Shown here: positions 19,019 through 31,000 of the stretch, in pieces
Numbering within the stretch: the first letter of the stretch is position 1
Layout: every line of letters begins with the position of its first letter
DNA from: Paramoeba atlantica
Taxonomy: Eukaryota > Protista > Discosea
Direction of reading: 5' to 3'
Assembly: GCA_977017575.1 (NCBI GenBank)
Contig: CDRNVI010000029.1
Location: forward strand, 248,001 to 312,000
Length of the DNA: 64,000 nt
The notes under the pieces: generated by a model
Seen by the model: the letters and a program-made list of their open reading frames with translations, nothing else
What the model was told of the DNA's origin: nothing
Database searches by the model: none
Program-made: the position numbers and the translations under genes

Positions 19019-22000
19019 ATGTCAAGCTGTCCAGAGAAAATTGATGCGTTTGATGCGAATTCTACAGGTTCATCACTTGAGGTAGATGATGATACACAAG
19101 GGGACGTTTCTCTATTAGACTCAATCGCACCTATATCCCCCAAAAATTCGAAAGCAGACAGTATTAAGAATCCTACAACTGCTCTTAAAACAGCAGAAAC
19201 TTGGACTCATCCCGCACTGAAAAAATTGGACGCCTCGCGTGTTTCTGCCAGTCCGAGAAATCCCGTCCCTCGTCACCCTGAGGTGATCAAAGATGAACAA
19301 CACCAAATGAGCAACAAAGGTATTTTTATAAAAACTAGTGGTGAAATGCATCAAAATGACGAAGCAAAGCGTGGCACAACATCAAAAAAGATTGACACTA
19401 CCTCCGTTACACAGGTATCTCCGAAGGATGTACATATTTCAAAGGAAGAAACGGTCACATTGTTAGAGCAAGACGCTTTGGAAGAAATAATATTTGAAAA
19501 GTTGCAGACCAAGAGTCGAATCAACGAATATGAAGAGTCGTTACGTGAAAAAAAGAATGCATGTCAGGCAAATCTTTCGGAGGCTAAGCACGTTGCACAG
19601 TCGCTTCTTGCTGGAAAACGAGCTTTGGAAAAAAAGATAGCAATAAAACAAGTGGAAATAGATGGCTTCAGTACAGAGATGGGTCGATTAAGAAAGTCTT
19701 TTGAAGACCTTTCGACACAGTGTGAACACCTTCGTAACCTTGATTTTGAGGAGCTCCAGTGCTGGAAGCTCGTTGACAAAGCTAAAGGCGCACCTTGTCC
19801 GGCTTTTACAAGTGAAGCAGCGGAACATTCGACTTCTGAGGAATCATATTTGTACCCTATTCTCGGTGAATATGGTGTTATGTGTGACCCATATGAGGTC
19901 AAGAGTTCTTGCGTGTTCCAAGTTCTTCGGAACAATAACTTAAAAGAAGAAAAGGAATGTTTAATGCAGAAGAATGCCGAGATATATAAACGTTTTGTCA
20001 AACTCTTTGCACCTAATCGCCATTTGTTCGGTTCTAAAGTAGGGTGGCGTCGACCAGCGAGAGATGAGAACTGTGTGGCAGAAAGAATTGAGGGTTTGTG
20101 TTCTCGCATTGGTTGCAAGTACCTGCATTTGGATGAAAATCCGGGTGATTGCGCTCTACTGGAGCTTCTCCGAGCGGCCCTTCATGCATTACGCACAAGA
20201 TGCATAGGTTCCACTTTCTTTGCAGAAATTAATAAAGTTCTCGAGCTTACAAAAAAGCCATCGGAGGTTCTGTCATCAGTCCAGCAATTATTATGCTTCA
20301 TACGGGAAAATAACATGGCCCACTTCCTTCTACTTGAAAATGAAGAAACTGTACAAGACAGTAATTCTACTGCACAGAAGGAGATGAACTACGTACATCA
20401 GCCGGAACAATGGTTTTCGGCACTCCGAAAAGAGCTGGAGCACAGCGTGGCTCCATCCGAAGCTGTGCAGTGGTTGTCCCGTGTACCGAACCTGGAAAAG
20501 TTGCACTTAATATTGGAAGATCAAACTGCGAAATTTCCGAAGAGCTGCCTGAATGATTTTCTACAGGCCCATTTGCAATGTAAATTGCGATACACTACTT
20601 GTTCCTGGCAATCTGAGCAATACATTATTGGGATGGATACGCTAGCGAAGGCGACAAGAAAGAAACCCCTGGAGCAAATGTTTTATTGTACTGAAGAAGT
20701 TAAACAAGAGTTATCCTTAACTCTATGTACAATGCTAGATTCGGCACAGTGGAACACGAACCCGCTTCTGTACATGGAGTGTCTTGCTGTTCTACTGGAC
20801 AAAAGTTCTAATAAGCAAAAGTGCAATAAGAGATCGCTGATTAAATCGATGATTGCCATATGTCGCACAGCGACAGACAACCTAAAACGAGCAGAGTGCT
20901 TGTGTTTACAAGATATTTTTCTGAAGAAGGGGAACTCAGAAGGTTCTGCAGAAAAAGCTTTTCATGAAAACCGAAAGGATACGACATTGGCATACTTTAT
21001 TGCATTCTCTGTTGCACTGAATCTTTACTCGGATGAAGGATTAACTGAAGCGTTGGGCACTTTGCATCGCATTACATATTTTCCAGGTCAGTTTTATCCA
21101 CTAAGCTTTGTCGAGCAGTTTAATATGTCAATCCTGCTAATAGCCGTCCTTTCTGGGTCTCTTTCCGGTGACGTATCAACTCTGAGTTGGGTATCAAAGG
21201 GATTCTTAAGCATTCATTTTTCCAGCAAAAAAATTAAAGAGTTACCGGCGCATTTATCCTTCGCTGTAAGAGGAGTGATCCAGCAAACCAAACAGTATCT
21301 ACAAGCCGTAAAATCTAATGGATCGAATCGATTACATGCTCAGGCGCTTTGTATCTTGAACGGACTATCTATGGACTGGGAATTGTCAAGTATGAAGTGT
21401 AGTGTCCGTGATATTTTGCACCATCACAGCCCTGAAGTGAATTTTTCGGACCTCGGACATGTGTTACGACTGTTTAAGCATGACCATTTTTCAGAGCGGC
21501 AGATGTCGGATGTGATAAATATGTTGGACTTACACCCAGCTAAAGGAAACCCGGAGTTGTATTTTTTGATACGCACACTGCTTTCTCAGGGCCATAATTC
21601 ATACGCCGCGTTGCTTGCTTCTGAGTTTACGACGAGATTTACGAAATCTTTCCGAACCAGCTCTGGGTGTCTTACCGTAGACCACGCACGCGAATGGCTC
21701 AAGGGACGTAAGAGCGAAACGGCGAGTCACGACGTTTTGGGAATTACACTTCTTGCAGTCAACGAATGCTTACAGGGAAAGAAGGAAAGGGGTTCATCTC
21801 TATTGGACTTGTTGTTATCGAGACACGATTTATTTCGAGACTCTTCTTTGTTGGTATTTGTTCTTATGGAACGAATCAGCTGTACATTGGCGCTCAAAGA
21901 CTCTGAGAATGACTTTTCCAGCGTAATAGAAAAAATTGTTGATTTTCCGCCATCATACCATTCAAAGGGCTACGATCGAAGTGGGTACGAAAATGAAGAG

Positions 22001-22243
22001 TTCGCCCTTGTTTTGGGTCCTACACGACCCTTATCTGCTATGCAATTCATCTTGCACATAATCCTTTCTTGGGTACAGCTATCGAGTAAAAATGAAGAAT
22101 CCAGACTGCGAAGAAAGTATTGGCATACGCTAGAAAAGAAATTGTATCGGTTACATCCGTCCACTTGGCATGCGGAAAAGAAAATGAACGCCGTGATGAA
22201 CTTACATATGATACCGATGCCGACCATGAAGCACAGTAAGTGA
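19019..22243 (+). CDS. Hypothetical 1074-aa protein with N-terminal coiled coil
   Basis: Long stop-free ORF on the gene strand with a heptad-rich region at about aa 150-240; no family recognised. Confidence 0.8.
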   Translation: MSSCPEKIDAFDANSTGSSLEVDDDTQGDVSLLDSIAPISPKNSKADSIKNPTTALKTAETWTHPALKKLDASRVSASPRNPVPRHPEVIKDEQHQMSNKGIFIKTSGEMHQNDEAKRGTTSKKIDTTSVTQVSPKDVHISKEETVTLLEQDALEEIIFEKLQTKSRINEYEESLREKKNACQANLSEAKHVAQSLLAGKRALEKKIAIKQVEIDGFSTEMGRLRKSFEDLSTQCEHLRNLDFEELQCWKLVDKAKGAPCPAFTSEAAEHSTSEESYLYPILGEYGVMCDPYEVKSSCVFQVLRNNNLKEEKECLMQKNAEIYKRFVKLFAPNRHLFGSKVGWRRPARDENCVAERIEGLCSRIGCKYLHLDENPGDCALLELLRAALHALRTRCIGSTFFAEINKVLELTKKPSEVLSSVQQLLCFIRENNMAHFLLLENEETVQDSNSTAQKEMNYVHQPEQWFSALRKELEHSVAPSEAVQWLSRVPNLEKLHLILEDQTAKFPKSCLNDFLQAHLQCKLRYTTCSWQSEQYIIGMDTLAKATRKKPLEQMFYCTEEVKQELSLTLCTMLDSAQWNTNPLLYMECLAVLLDKSSNKQKCNKRSLIKSMIAICRTATDNLKRAECLCLQDIFLKKGNSEGSAEKAFHENRKDTTLAYFIAFSVALNLYSDEGLTEALGTLHRITYFPGQFYPLSFVEQFNMSILLIAVLSGSLSGDVSTLSWVSKGFLSIHFSSKKIKELPAHLSFAVRGVIQQTKQYLQAVKSNGSNRLHAQALCILNGLSMDWELSSMKCSVRDILHHHSPEVNFSDLGHVLRLFKHDHFSERQMSDVINMLDLHPAKGNPELYFLIRTLLSQGHNSYAALLASEFTTRFTKSFRTSSGCLTVDHAREWLKGRKSETASHDVLGITLLAVNECLQGKKERGSSLLDLLLSRHDLFRDSSLLVFVLMERISCTLALKDSENDFSSVIEKIVDFPPSYHSKGYDRSGYENEEFALVLGPTRPLSAMQFILHIILSWVQLSSKNEESRLRRKYWHTLEKKLYRLHPSTWHAEKKMNAVMNLHMIPMPTMKHSK

Positions 22244-22774
22244 AAGATGTTTCTTTCGAGAATGTTGAATAATTGTGTCGATGATATTTAACTACGGGTG
22301 CATTGGAAAAGGTACGCATCTTTCAAGTTCTTCAGTATCTTCAAATATTACCGAAAATGGTATTCTGTAGCGTTTCAAACACGCGTGTATTATTATGACT
22401 TTAGATTTATGCAAAGCTTCCTATAATTCAGCCGTTCTTCTACGTATACATGAACATGCGTCAATGAAAATGTGTTATTTTCCACCTAGTACACAATCAT
22501 ACAAACGAAATGAAGTTTTCGTTAGCGGCGAATACAATGTGACGAAAATAGATGTGTTACATCTGTATGTAGCATGCAGACATCTACATGACTTGATCTG
22601 CATCCGTATAATCTCTTTTCGTGTACATGTATGTCTAACAAACATAGCACAAATGTTCATACCCCTGGTTAATAGAATATTATTATTTTTCAAAGATCTG
22701 TTATTACTTAAAGTAATTTACTGTTACTACGCTAGTACTTTACAAATTAAAAACCAATTGTACTACACATTGTA

Positions 22775-23608
22775 ATGTCTGCATGCGAAAGTAGTGGAGA
22801 GATGGGTTCACGATCATCAGAGGATGTGAAGGATCTAATTCATCAATGGCGACAAGAAACGACGGAAGTCGTTGAATTGGAAGATGAATTAGGAAATGTT
22901 GAATTAGAAATTCAAAAACTTCTCTTAGAAAAGGAGATGCTCGAAAAAGAAGTCGAAGCGCTTTGCCAGAATGAGAACGATGGGGGTTCTGATTGGGAAC
23001 ATCTGGAAGCCTTGCGTGAAGAACTTTTGGAATTGAACATGAACGCAGAAAGCGATCAAAAACATTCCCAAGAACTTGAAAAATGGTGCAAGAACCGAAG
23101 TTCACGAAATAAGTTACACCTTGACTCCCTGCGAACCCGAGTTACCGCAGTGAGAGAAAGAGAGACCCAGATAGAAGGACTCTTGAAACTGACTGAAGAT
23201 GTAGAGCATCAACAATTGGAAAATGAGCGATTAGAGAACGAAACACAAAAGGAAAAGGATGAACAGAAGGAGGCGTCCGCTTCACTAAGCATCGCACAGC
23301 ATGCTAAACAAGGATTGCAGAAATGTAAGTCTCTGGCCGGTGATATCCGTGACATAGAGAAACTGCGATTGGAAGCCAAGGAAGATAAAGATATACTTTC
23401 TGACTTTCTTACTGCCAATCAACACCTGCATGAACGAGCCCAAGAGATATTGCGCAGATCATTACAAGCGAAAGATCTTGCTCAACCTATTTTACGGGAT
23501 CGGACACAGAAACTGAGCTCAATACTCCGGGCCCTTGTAAGTCGCAGCTCGGCCGCGTCACTAGCAGGTATTGAAAAAGCCGTACGTAGCACGCACGACG
23601 TTTTATAG
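22775..23608 (+). CDS. Hypothetical 277-aa coiled-coil protein
   Basis: E/L/K/Q-rich heptads throughout. Confidence 0.8.
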   Translation: MSACESSGEMGSRSSEDVKDLIHQWRQETTEVVELEDELGNVELEIQKLLLEKEMLEKEVEALCQNENDGGSDWEHLEALREELLELNMNAESDQKHSQELEKWCKNRSSRNKLHLDSLRTRVTAVRERETQIEGLLKLTEDVEHQQLENERLENETQKEKDEQKEASASLSIAQHAKQGLQKCKSLAGDIRDIEKLRLEAKEDKDILSDFLTANQHLHERAQEILRRSLQAKDLAQPILRDRTQKLSSILRALVSRSSAASLAGIEKAVRSTHDVL

Positions 23609-23715
23609 AAAATTTCAAACGCTGTGCCCGTTCTTTCACTAACATGCCGTACACTGAATGTGCGGGATGTAGTTTTTGCACTATAATTCTGGTTTTAATA
23701 TACTAGACGTACATA

Positions 23716-24454
23716 CAGTGGTGTTCAGCCTCTTTTAAACGTCCCCCCCCTACAGGTCTTGCATTTTGTTCGATTTTGGAAATATTTTGTATGGCACTGT
23801 TTTTCGACCGAATCGTTCCGAATCCGAGGTCCTTTTCACTCGTGGACACCTGTATCATACCTAAACCGGAAAAAAACTGCAAAAAAGTCGATTCTTTTTT
23901 TCACAGAGTACACTTTTTTCAAAATTGGTATAAAGAAGCATCACCCCCTGTGCTTACCTTCCTGCCTCGTGTGCCCCGAGATGCGCACGGCACTCACGAT
24001 CGATTGAGAGCGACTTAAGTCCTATAAGACACTCGAAAAATTTCATAAACTTAGCCCCGGGTCCAAAATTGAAACTTTTCGCTTTTTTTCTGAAGATTAA
24101 CCGGAAACGTTTAAGAATGCCTTCCGGAACTATCGTAAACGTTTACTTTTGGTCAAGGAGGCCAAAGGGCATATGACTAAATACTAGAGATTACTTTGCA
24201 CTCCTTTTCCACGTCTTCTGACCTACTTTACTACTGTTCCTCATCCGAAACATTCAAAAAAATGAACCCAAAAAAGCTGTAATTAGCTTTTTTGACCCCT
24301 ACCTGGCTAGTGGGGGTATGGGGTCGCTCGAGTGAAAAGGACCTCGGACTCGGAACGATTGGGTCGAAAAACGGTGGTACATCAAATATTTCCGAAATCG
24401 GACAAAATACAAGACCTGTAGGGGGGGGGGGGTAAAAGACGCTGAACACCACTG
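23716..24454. mobile_element. Tc1-like MITE (739 bp) with long TIRs and TA TSD
   Basis: TACATA|CAGTGGTGTTCAGC ... GCTGAACACCACTG|TATGTA. Inverted similarity continues for about 135 bp (TACAGGTCTTG, TTTTTCGACC, CCGAGGTCCTTTTCACTCG). No ORF. Confidence 0.92.
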
Positions 24455-24678
24455 TATGTATTCATGGTATCACCAAGATTTGAAAATTAGTGAATTGTAT
24501 TCACACTGTACAAAATTCAAATATAAATTCATTCTCCATGCTCGACTGCATGCAACAGTTACGAATGCTGTTCGTAAAACTTTATCAACCCACGTTCAAC
24601 CTTATTCGCCGAACTATGTTCACTATTTAGAACCAAACTTCACACCGTTTGGCGTGAGTTCCCCCCTCTTCTTCCGGA

Positions 24679-27600
24679 ATGGACACCAAGCTACGCGTTG
24701 GGACGGGAAGCCCTTTAGCGACCCTCCCTTTTTCCTGGGCTTTAGAGCACTCTCTGCGTGCCTCGGCGCCCCCTTCTCCGCAAATTGGATTACGGGCCAG
24801 TACCCACAACCCCACCTCCCCCCTCGCCCTCTCACGCTGTTACGCCCACACCCACCCCGCGGCGAGTGTTGCCACATCCTCCCCTCGTGAGTTTATACGT
24901 CAGCGCACATCGGATATCTTTCGCAGGCCCTATGACCTCCCGCAGCCCTACGCCCTGGAGTCGCTCTGCGGCAACCTGTTCGGGAAGCTTCCACCGGACG
25001 TGGGCTTAACCCTCGCGGGGTCGCATTTCCCCAAGATGAGCTCATGCCCCTCCCTTCGAGAGCTTGTGGTGGAGGGCTACCCTGTGCTGCATCGTATGGA
25101 GTTGATACGGATTTTGTTGGAACACAGTATGACGGTGGAGGCCTCGATGCAAATGAGCGTGCTGGTGGATTCCCCGGGGTTTGTTTCGAGTGTGATCCCG
25201 CAGGAGTACTTGGATGCGCTGTGGGGCAGCATTACCCAGAAAGAAATCTTTTCACCCTCCTTGGTTGCGAGTTGGTTGGAACGCATGCCAGAAAAGTGGA
25301 ATCTTCCCGCGGAGATTGCCGTGCAGCTTATTATTCGACCGGTTGTGGCCCCGGTGACACTTGCGTATCGAGTAATCGAAAAATACATGTCCGGAACTGC
25401 CTCGGAAAACCCCACCCCCTACCATGCCTTCTTTCTCGTGGCACATAACAGCTTAAGGACTCGTCTACTTAGCGCAACGGACACGGTCGCCGGAACCCAG
25501 CCCATGCGCTCGGGGAGTGCTATTCGAGGAGTCTTGCACTGGAATCTGATCTGGAGGGTTTTTCAAGGAATGAATAAGCGAATCCCCAACTGGGCGCTTC
25601 AGCTTCCGGAGGAAGATGCGTCTGCGCTTGCAACTTCTCTTCTATCCGTCTTGTTGACTCACGCGCCCCCGATTTTATGTTTGTTTGTTGCCCGAAAGCT
25701 CGTAAAACTCGGGTGCCTGGGAGACGTGAGAAGCGCCGTGCTTATGATTCGACGACTTCCCAACAATTCCCTTCCGCAGTCGTCTGCTGTTGTTCAGCGG
25801 CTTTGCAATTGGCTCCTTCGCCGCTCATCATTTCACCGCAATATTCCTTTCGATGTATTCGCTGTCGCTACTTCACTTATTCGCCTGCAACTGTAGGATA
25901 CTTTGGCAGACCTGTATAATAGATTGTTTGAGGGGATCTATAGTTATACCAAGGATCAAAAAGAACGGGTCGTGTCCACGTTTATAGATATGGTATGCCC
26001 GGAATGCGCGAACATTCTGAATGAGAAAAATGTTCATATTCGAAGACTTTGCCCGAATTGTTTCGCGAGGATCGAGAAAAAGTCTACCGAAGAGAAACCT
26101 TCCTACGAACCGACAAGCGAAGTCATTAAAGCCTCACGAGAAAAGCAAAAGGACACATACAAGGATCGGCTTAAAAATCTCCGCGATCAGCAAGTTGCAG
26201 GCGCTGTTACGGAAATACGTCGTCAAGATCCTTTGAAGTTTTTTCGCCATGAACTTTTAGAAGAGCGCACTTTGCCCACGACAGCAACTATTGGAAGCCA
26301 TCCGGTGAGCATATCTCTCCCCGCCGACCAACTCGATGTGAAGGACGTAGACGCAATTCGACAAATGGTATCGCGGAGACAAGAAATAGAGAGTCGTAAG
26401 ATCGAGTTGGAGCGAGAAATTGCTCAAACAGGTAAGGTCCCCCAAGCGGCACGATCTAAGCTTCCTTCAGAGGCTTCGCTAACCCCTTTACTGGAAATTC
26501 GGTCAAGAAAAGAACCCGAAAAAAATAAAAATGCTCTTGTGAGTGATTCTATCAACATGTCCGATTCGGAACCTTATTTGGTACCAACATCACGTTGTGC
26601 ATGGGATTGTGTCTGGTGTGAGGAAAGTAATTCTGAGGCAGCCCGAGTTGCATGCTCCGGCTGTGGAGCCGACACTGGACCCGAAGCCATTTGGCGGTCC
26701 TACAAATTCTGTCCCAGAGATTGCGCAAGCGAGGATTCAGGGAGCTCCGTTCCAAGTAATTTGCAAGAATTGTCATATCGGTTAAAACGAATAGAAACAA
26801 AATCTAGAGAAGAAGTCGTAGCTGCCGCTTACTGGCTTCTTCTTTTTCGAAAGAAATTTCTTCTTGAAGCATCAGAAAAGCAACTTCATGGCCTGAATAA
26901 CGCAGTACTGGCCTTATGTTCCAACACCGAGCGCGTCATGGCTGCATATATCTTCTTTAGGATTATTCCGAGTGCAGTGAGATCTCGAGATTGCCTAAAA
27001 CCTCTAATGACTCTTTTTGGTACAAATATCAGCGCACCCTTGTTGGAACAGGAAGAGCCTGGTTCAATAGCGCCGACACTTATTATAGGCCCAGGCACCT
27101 GCCTAACGTGCTTTGATTTACAACACACCTGGAAACAGTGTCCCATTATCACACGTAGAATCTCTAATTCATCAGTATCAAAGGAAAGAAAAACTGTGCG
27201 AGGAATCTTTTCTGATAGTCCGCAGAAATTAGCCGAGCAAAATGAGCCTCTTAAGGTAAGCAAGCCCACCCTCAGTAGTGGTGAAGAAATACAACGTGGA
27301 ATTGATCGATTATTGCTCGCAATTTCTCGAACTACCGAGTCAACTGCAAGAAGAACATTTTCAATATTCCTTGACAGCCCAGGGAGAAACATATTCTGCG
27401 AAACGCATCCAATAGAGGCTAACGTTTTTGTTCGACACCTTGCCGGACGCGGGCATTTCAAGCAAGCAGCCTACGTCCTTAACCACATTCCTCGTCACCT
27501 TCGTGAAAATGAGTCGTACCAAGAGGTGGCTAAAAGATACAGTATATTACCCGACGAGATCGACCCCATGCTAAGGTATCGAAGATTGGGGGACCAAGAT

Positions 27601-29229
27601 GCAAACCATCCCTTCTTTTCCCAAGTGTTTCAGGTATGCTGCATTTGTTTGACAGAAAAACATGTGTCCTTTTCTTGTCCCATGCTGGAGTCCTGGTTTA
27701 AGGCAGAATTTTCTCCCCAAACCAGCAATCAGACTCTAAAAAAATTCAAAGGACTCACCGTAGGCCAAAACCAGGCTCTGGCTTTTGCATCCTCTGGCCC
27801 TGAGCGTCTTGCGGCATTTGTTAGGTTTCTTAAACGGAAACTATTCAGTTTAAAGGATATGAGCGAGCTCCGTGCTGTTGGTGATGGGATTAATGCTGCC
27901 ATACAAGAATTAGTGCGTGTTGATCGTGCCAATGAAGCTGTGTCTATTTTGCTTCGTGTTCCACGTACTTGTATCACTCGCGAAACTCTTGAGCGTGTAA
28001 TGGGCTATTACGGCACCGCGAAGGAGGACATTATGTACTGCTGGAAATCTTCTAATCGATTTCCTCTCGAACTTCTCCTACCTTCCACTGTGTGTTGGAG
28101 TTGTTTTCGCCCCGGACATCCGCTTTTACGATGTTTGGAGTACGAAAGTAAAACCCCCGATGTTCGAATACGTCGAATATTGGAAGGTCTTCTTGAGATT
28201 AACCAACCAACAGCGACTGCAGGTGCTGTAGATTATCTGTCCGGCCTTTATATACGCTGTCGTTACATTTCTGTCATACAATCGCGGAGTATGTCCGAGT
28301 TGCTTGAGCGACTGCTTCTACAATGCCTACAACAGGGCGATGCCGTTCGGGGTTTTAAGGTATTTCGTTTGATGGCACATTGCTCTCCATCTACTACGGG
28401 GCATTTCTGGCGTCCCTTTCAAATCTCGGCGTCGGTTATGCATCACCTTACTCCCGACAAGCCGCTACAAGAACTCAGCACCATACTGAAGCGAAATGGG
28501 GTATGTCCTATTTGCATGATTCGGGCCGACCACAACGTGGCGTGTCCCACTCTTCAAGCGGAGCAAGATCTTGGACGGAATATGCTAGCGATTTTTCGCA
28601 TGGAAATGCTACTTGGGGACGAAGTGGATGCCCGCCATATCGTTCCAGGGGAGCTACCACGTCATACTATTGTCGACCGACTGGCCAATATTGTGATTCG
28701 CTACCAAAACCATCTGCCGTATCATATTCCTCACGTACGGGTGGCTATTAACGCGATTGGTTGTCATTACTTTGTTGATAACTATGACGTGGCTCGGGGC
28801 ATGACAATATTACAAGCGATTCCTATGCAATATAGAAAACCTTTACTCTATCATCGCTGTCTTCAAGCATTTGGTCTCAGCGATGCGAAAATGATTCACA
28901 ATGTTCGGACTCGATTAGCACCCCACGTAGACTTGGACGAAATAGTTTTCCTAGACCCTGTCCCGGAAGATTTATTTGCACTACGTGAGACACCAAATCT
29001 TTGTCACAATTGCTGGCGTTTCGGACATGATTCCAAGTCGTGTCCAAATGCCGATGATCCTTTGTTGTGCGCTTTGCAAACCGTTACCCCGGTGCAAATA
29101 TTTAATTTTCAACGCCTAATAGCAGAGGTTGATGCGGTACAGTGCGACTTTGAGACAACGCATGGTATGCTAGTAGGGACACGATGCCCATTGATGCCGG
29201 ATATCGAATCATGTGTACCTTCACGTTAG
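24679..29229 (+). CDS. About 1516-codon helical-repeat protein with five CCHC-type zinc knuckles and a RanBP2-like finger, probably an organellar RNA-binding protein; one in-frame TAG at 25894-25896
   Basis: ORFs 24679-25896 and 25903-29229 share a frame (RLQL*DTLADLYNR). Motifs: WDCVWC..ARVACSGC, CLTCFDLQHTWKQC, CCICLTEKHVSFSC, CWSCFRPGHPLLRC, CPICMIRADHNVAC, CHNCWRFGHDSKSC. Confidence 0.75.
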
Positions 29230-29537
29230 TGAAACTTTATTTTCTTGTGTGTACATCAGTGGTAGTTGTGTGAATTGCATGGTACATGTAGTCGTGACAC
29301 GTCTACTATGGTACACGCTATGAGTGGTTTTGATTTATTAAACGCAAAGCAATGAAACCTAAAACCGGGTACACTGATTTCTTTCTTGATACACGACCCA
29401 TAATTTAATTTAGTGTCGAAACCTCAATAGGAAATTGTTTTATGCGAGCGCGTCGATTAGATACCGAATTTTGAAACCTGAAAGATTACTTGCTTTATAG
29501 TCAGTTCATTTCTTTTTTTATAGATTCATCATTCGTA

Positions 29538-29870
29538 ATGGAACCCAATATTAAGAAGGAAGCATATCGCGTGGAGGCCTGTACCGCGGCAGCGCAGAAC
29601 ACATGTTTTGATCTCTGCGTTGATTATTTCAATCCCTCCACACGAATGGGAAACTCATGGAAACGTTTTCAGCATGTTGTGATGTCCTTGCCGACAATTT
29701 GGGAAAGTGACCCGATCCCCAATGATGCGGAGGACAATTCTTTAACTGAGGGTGAAGCACGATGTATGGAACGATGCTCTGTGAAATATTTTCAGGCGCA
29801 TCGTATACTTGAGAATATCACACAAAATACCAACTCGAAGTCTCCACTACCGCCCAGTACTATGCTCTAA
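29538..29870 (+). CDS. Small Tim chaperone (twin CX3C; Tim8/9/10/13 family)
   Basis: CFDLC ... EARCMERCSVKYF twin CX3C with an enlarged loop; ATG at 29538. Confidence 0.85.
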   Translation: MEPNIKKEAYRVEACTAAAQNTCFDLCVDYFNPSTRMGNSWKRFQHVVMSLPTIWESDPIPNDAEDNSLTEGEARCMERCSVKYFQAHRILENITQNTNSKSPLPPSTML

Positions 29871-30174
29871 CAAGATCGACAGGAATTCATCCCTCCATAA
29901 GTCAGGTGTCAAATTTCGAAAAACAGTCAACTTCCTGTATTACGTGTTGTATGGTTTCCGTGCAACCTCACCCCTGAACTAGAATTAGACGCACGTCAAG
30001 CGAGTAATCAGGTCCTCATACCTGTAAGAACATAAATAGTTTACCATCATCTACACAATCACCTATCATCTTCTTCTGCACACTGTATTCGTTTTTCTGT
30101 ATTGCTAACCCTTTCTTAGAAATTAAAAATTCTACTGGACAGATTTCTTTCTACTTTTTTAGTGTTCATAAATT

Positions 30175-30708
30175 ATGATCTCATCGAACCGATTTGGTTC
30201 AGGATCCACTGCCTCAACGGAACATGGTGGACTCCCCCCTGCTCAGTTTGACAAAGTCGCGGAGAGGGACGTGAAGCCACCCTTTCCCATGCGCAACGTG
30301 TACTGTTTGACAGCCCTTCCACAGTACGCTGCTGATCCTCTCTCTCAGAATATCAGTATCGAAATGTTATGTTGGGAACACCTTCAGCAGCAGCGTTTGA
30401 GGCGACAGTCTGGGCCTGCCTCCTCCGGGTTATTTGGCTCGGCATCTCCTGAGGCGCTCTCTCCGCTGCTACAATCGTTTTCATCGGCCAAACCTACAGG
30501 GGGTGGAGGGGCACCGGTGGGGAGTGTAGGGGGCGCTCCCTCTCTTGAGTGGCCCAATCGCCCGACCTCTGGATTCGGAACCTCACCACCCATGCAAGGT
30601 TCGACAAATACTGCGTCCGGGAGCACCCTGTTTGGTACCGCTCCTAGCGGCACGCTTGAGAAGACATCTATTTCCTCACCCTTTAGCTCTACCGGATTTA
30701 AGTGGTAG
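30175..30708 (+). CDS. Short FG-nucleoporin-like protein with GLEBS (Rae1/Gle2-binding) motif
   Basis: VYCLTALPQY.......NISIEMLCWEHLQ resembles the Nup98 GLEBS (CITAMKEY..KSLEELRLEDYQ); RFG, LFG, GFG and LFG repeats. Confidence 0.65.
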   Translation: MISSNRFGSGSTASTEHGGLPPAQFDKVAERDVKPPFPMRNVYCLTALPQYAADPLSQNISIEMLCWEHLQQQRLRRQSGPASSGLFGSASPEALSPLLQSFSSAKPTGGGGAPVGSVGGAPSLEWPNRPTSGFGTSPPMQGSTNTASGSTLFGTAPSGTLEKTSISSPFSSTGFKW

Positions 30709-31000
30709 TGTCCCCTCAACTGCAAGTATTTAATGATCGCGCCTACAACCACCATGTAGTATACGAAGCAGGATTATTTCATGTGAAATTTTTGTTAACG
30801 GATTGTTTTTGCTTGGAATAATCATTTCAAGTCACAATATTCGATTCAACTTAGAATATGTTGGGGCGAAAATTAGACTACGTACAAGATAAAAAAGTCC
30901 CGAAACAAGGGTGTACGGGAGAACCGTAAATAAACCATTAAGGAAACAATTTTTACAGAAAAAATAGCCAAACCACACCTTCCTTAGATTCTAAGAATCC

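Noticed and set aside
602-29229. Genome-wide stop-codon reassignment (Blastocrithidia-like) as the cause of the two in-frame stops
   Set aside because: TAA, TAG and TGA all terminate clearly full-length genes here (tubulin TGA/TAA, CCDC124 TAG, POLD1 TAA). Only two internal stops occur in about 27 genes, and the TGA aligns to Gly, not Trp.
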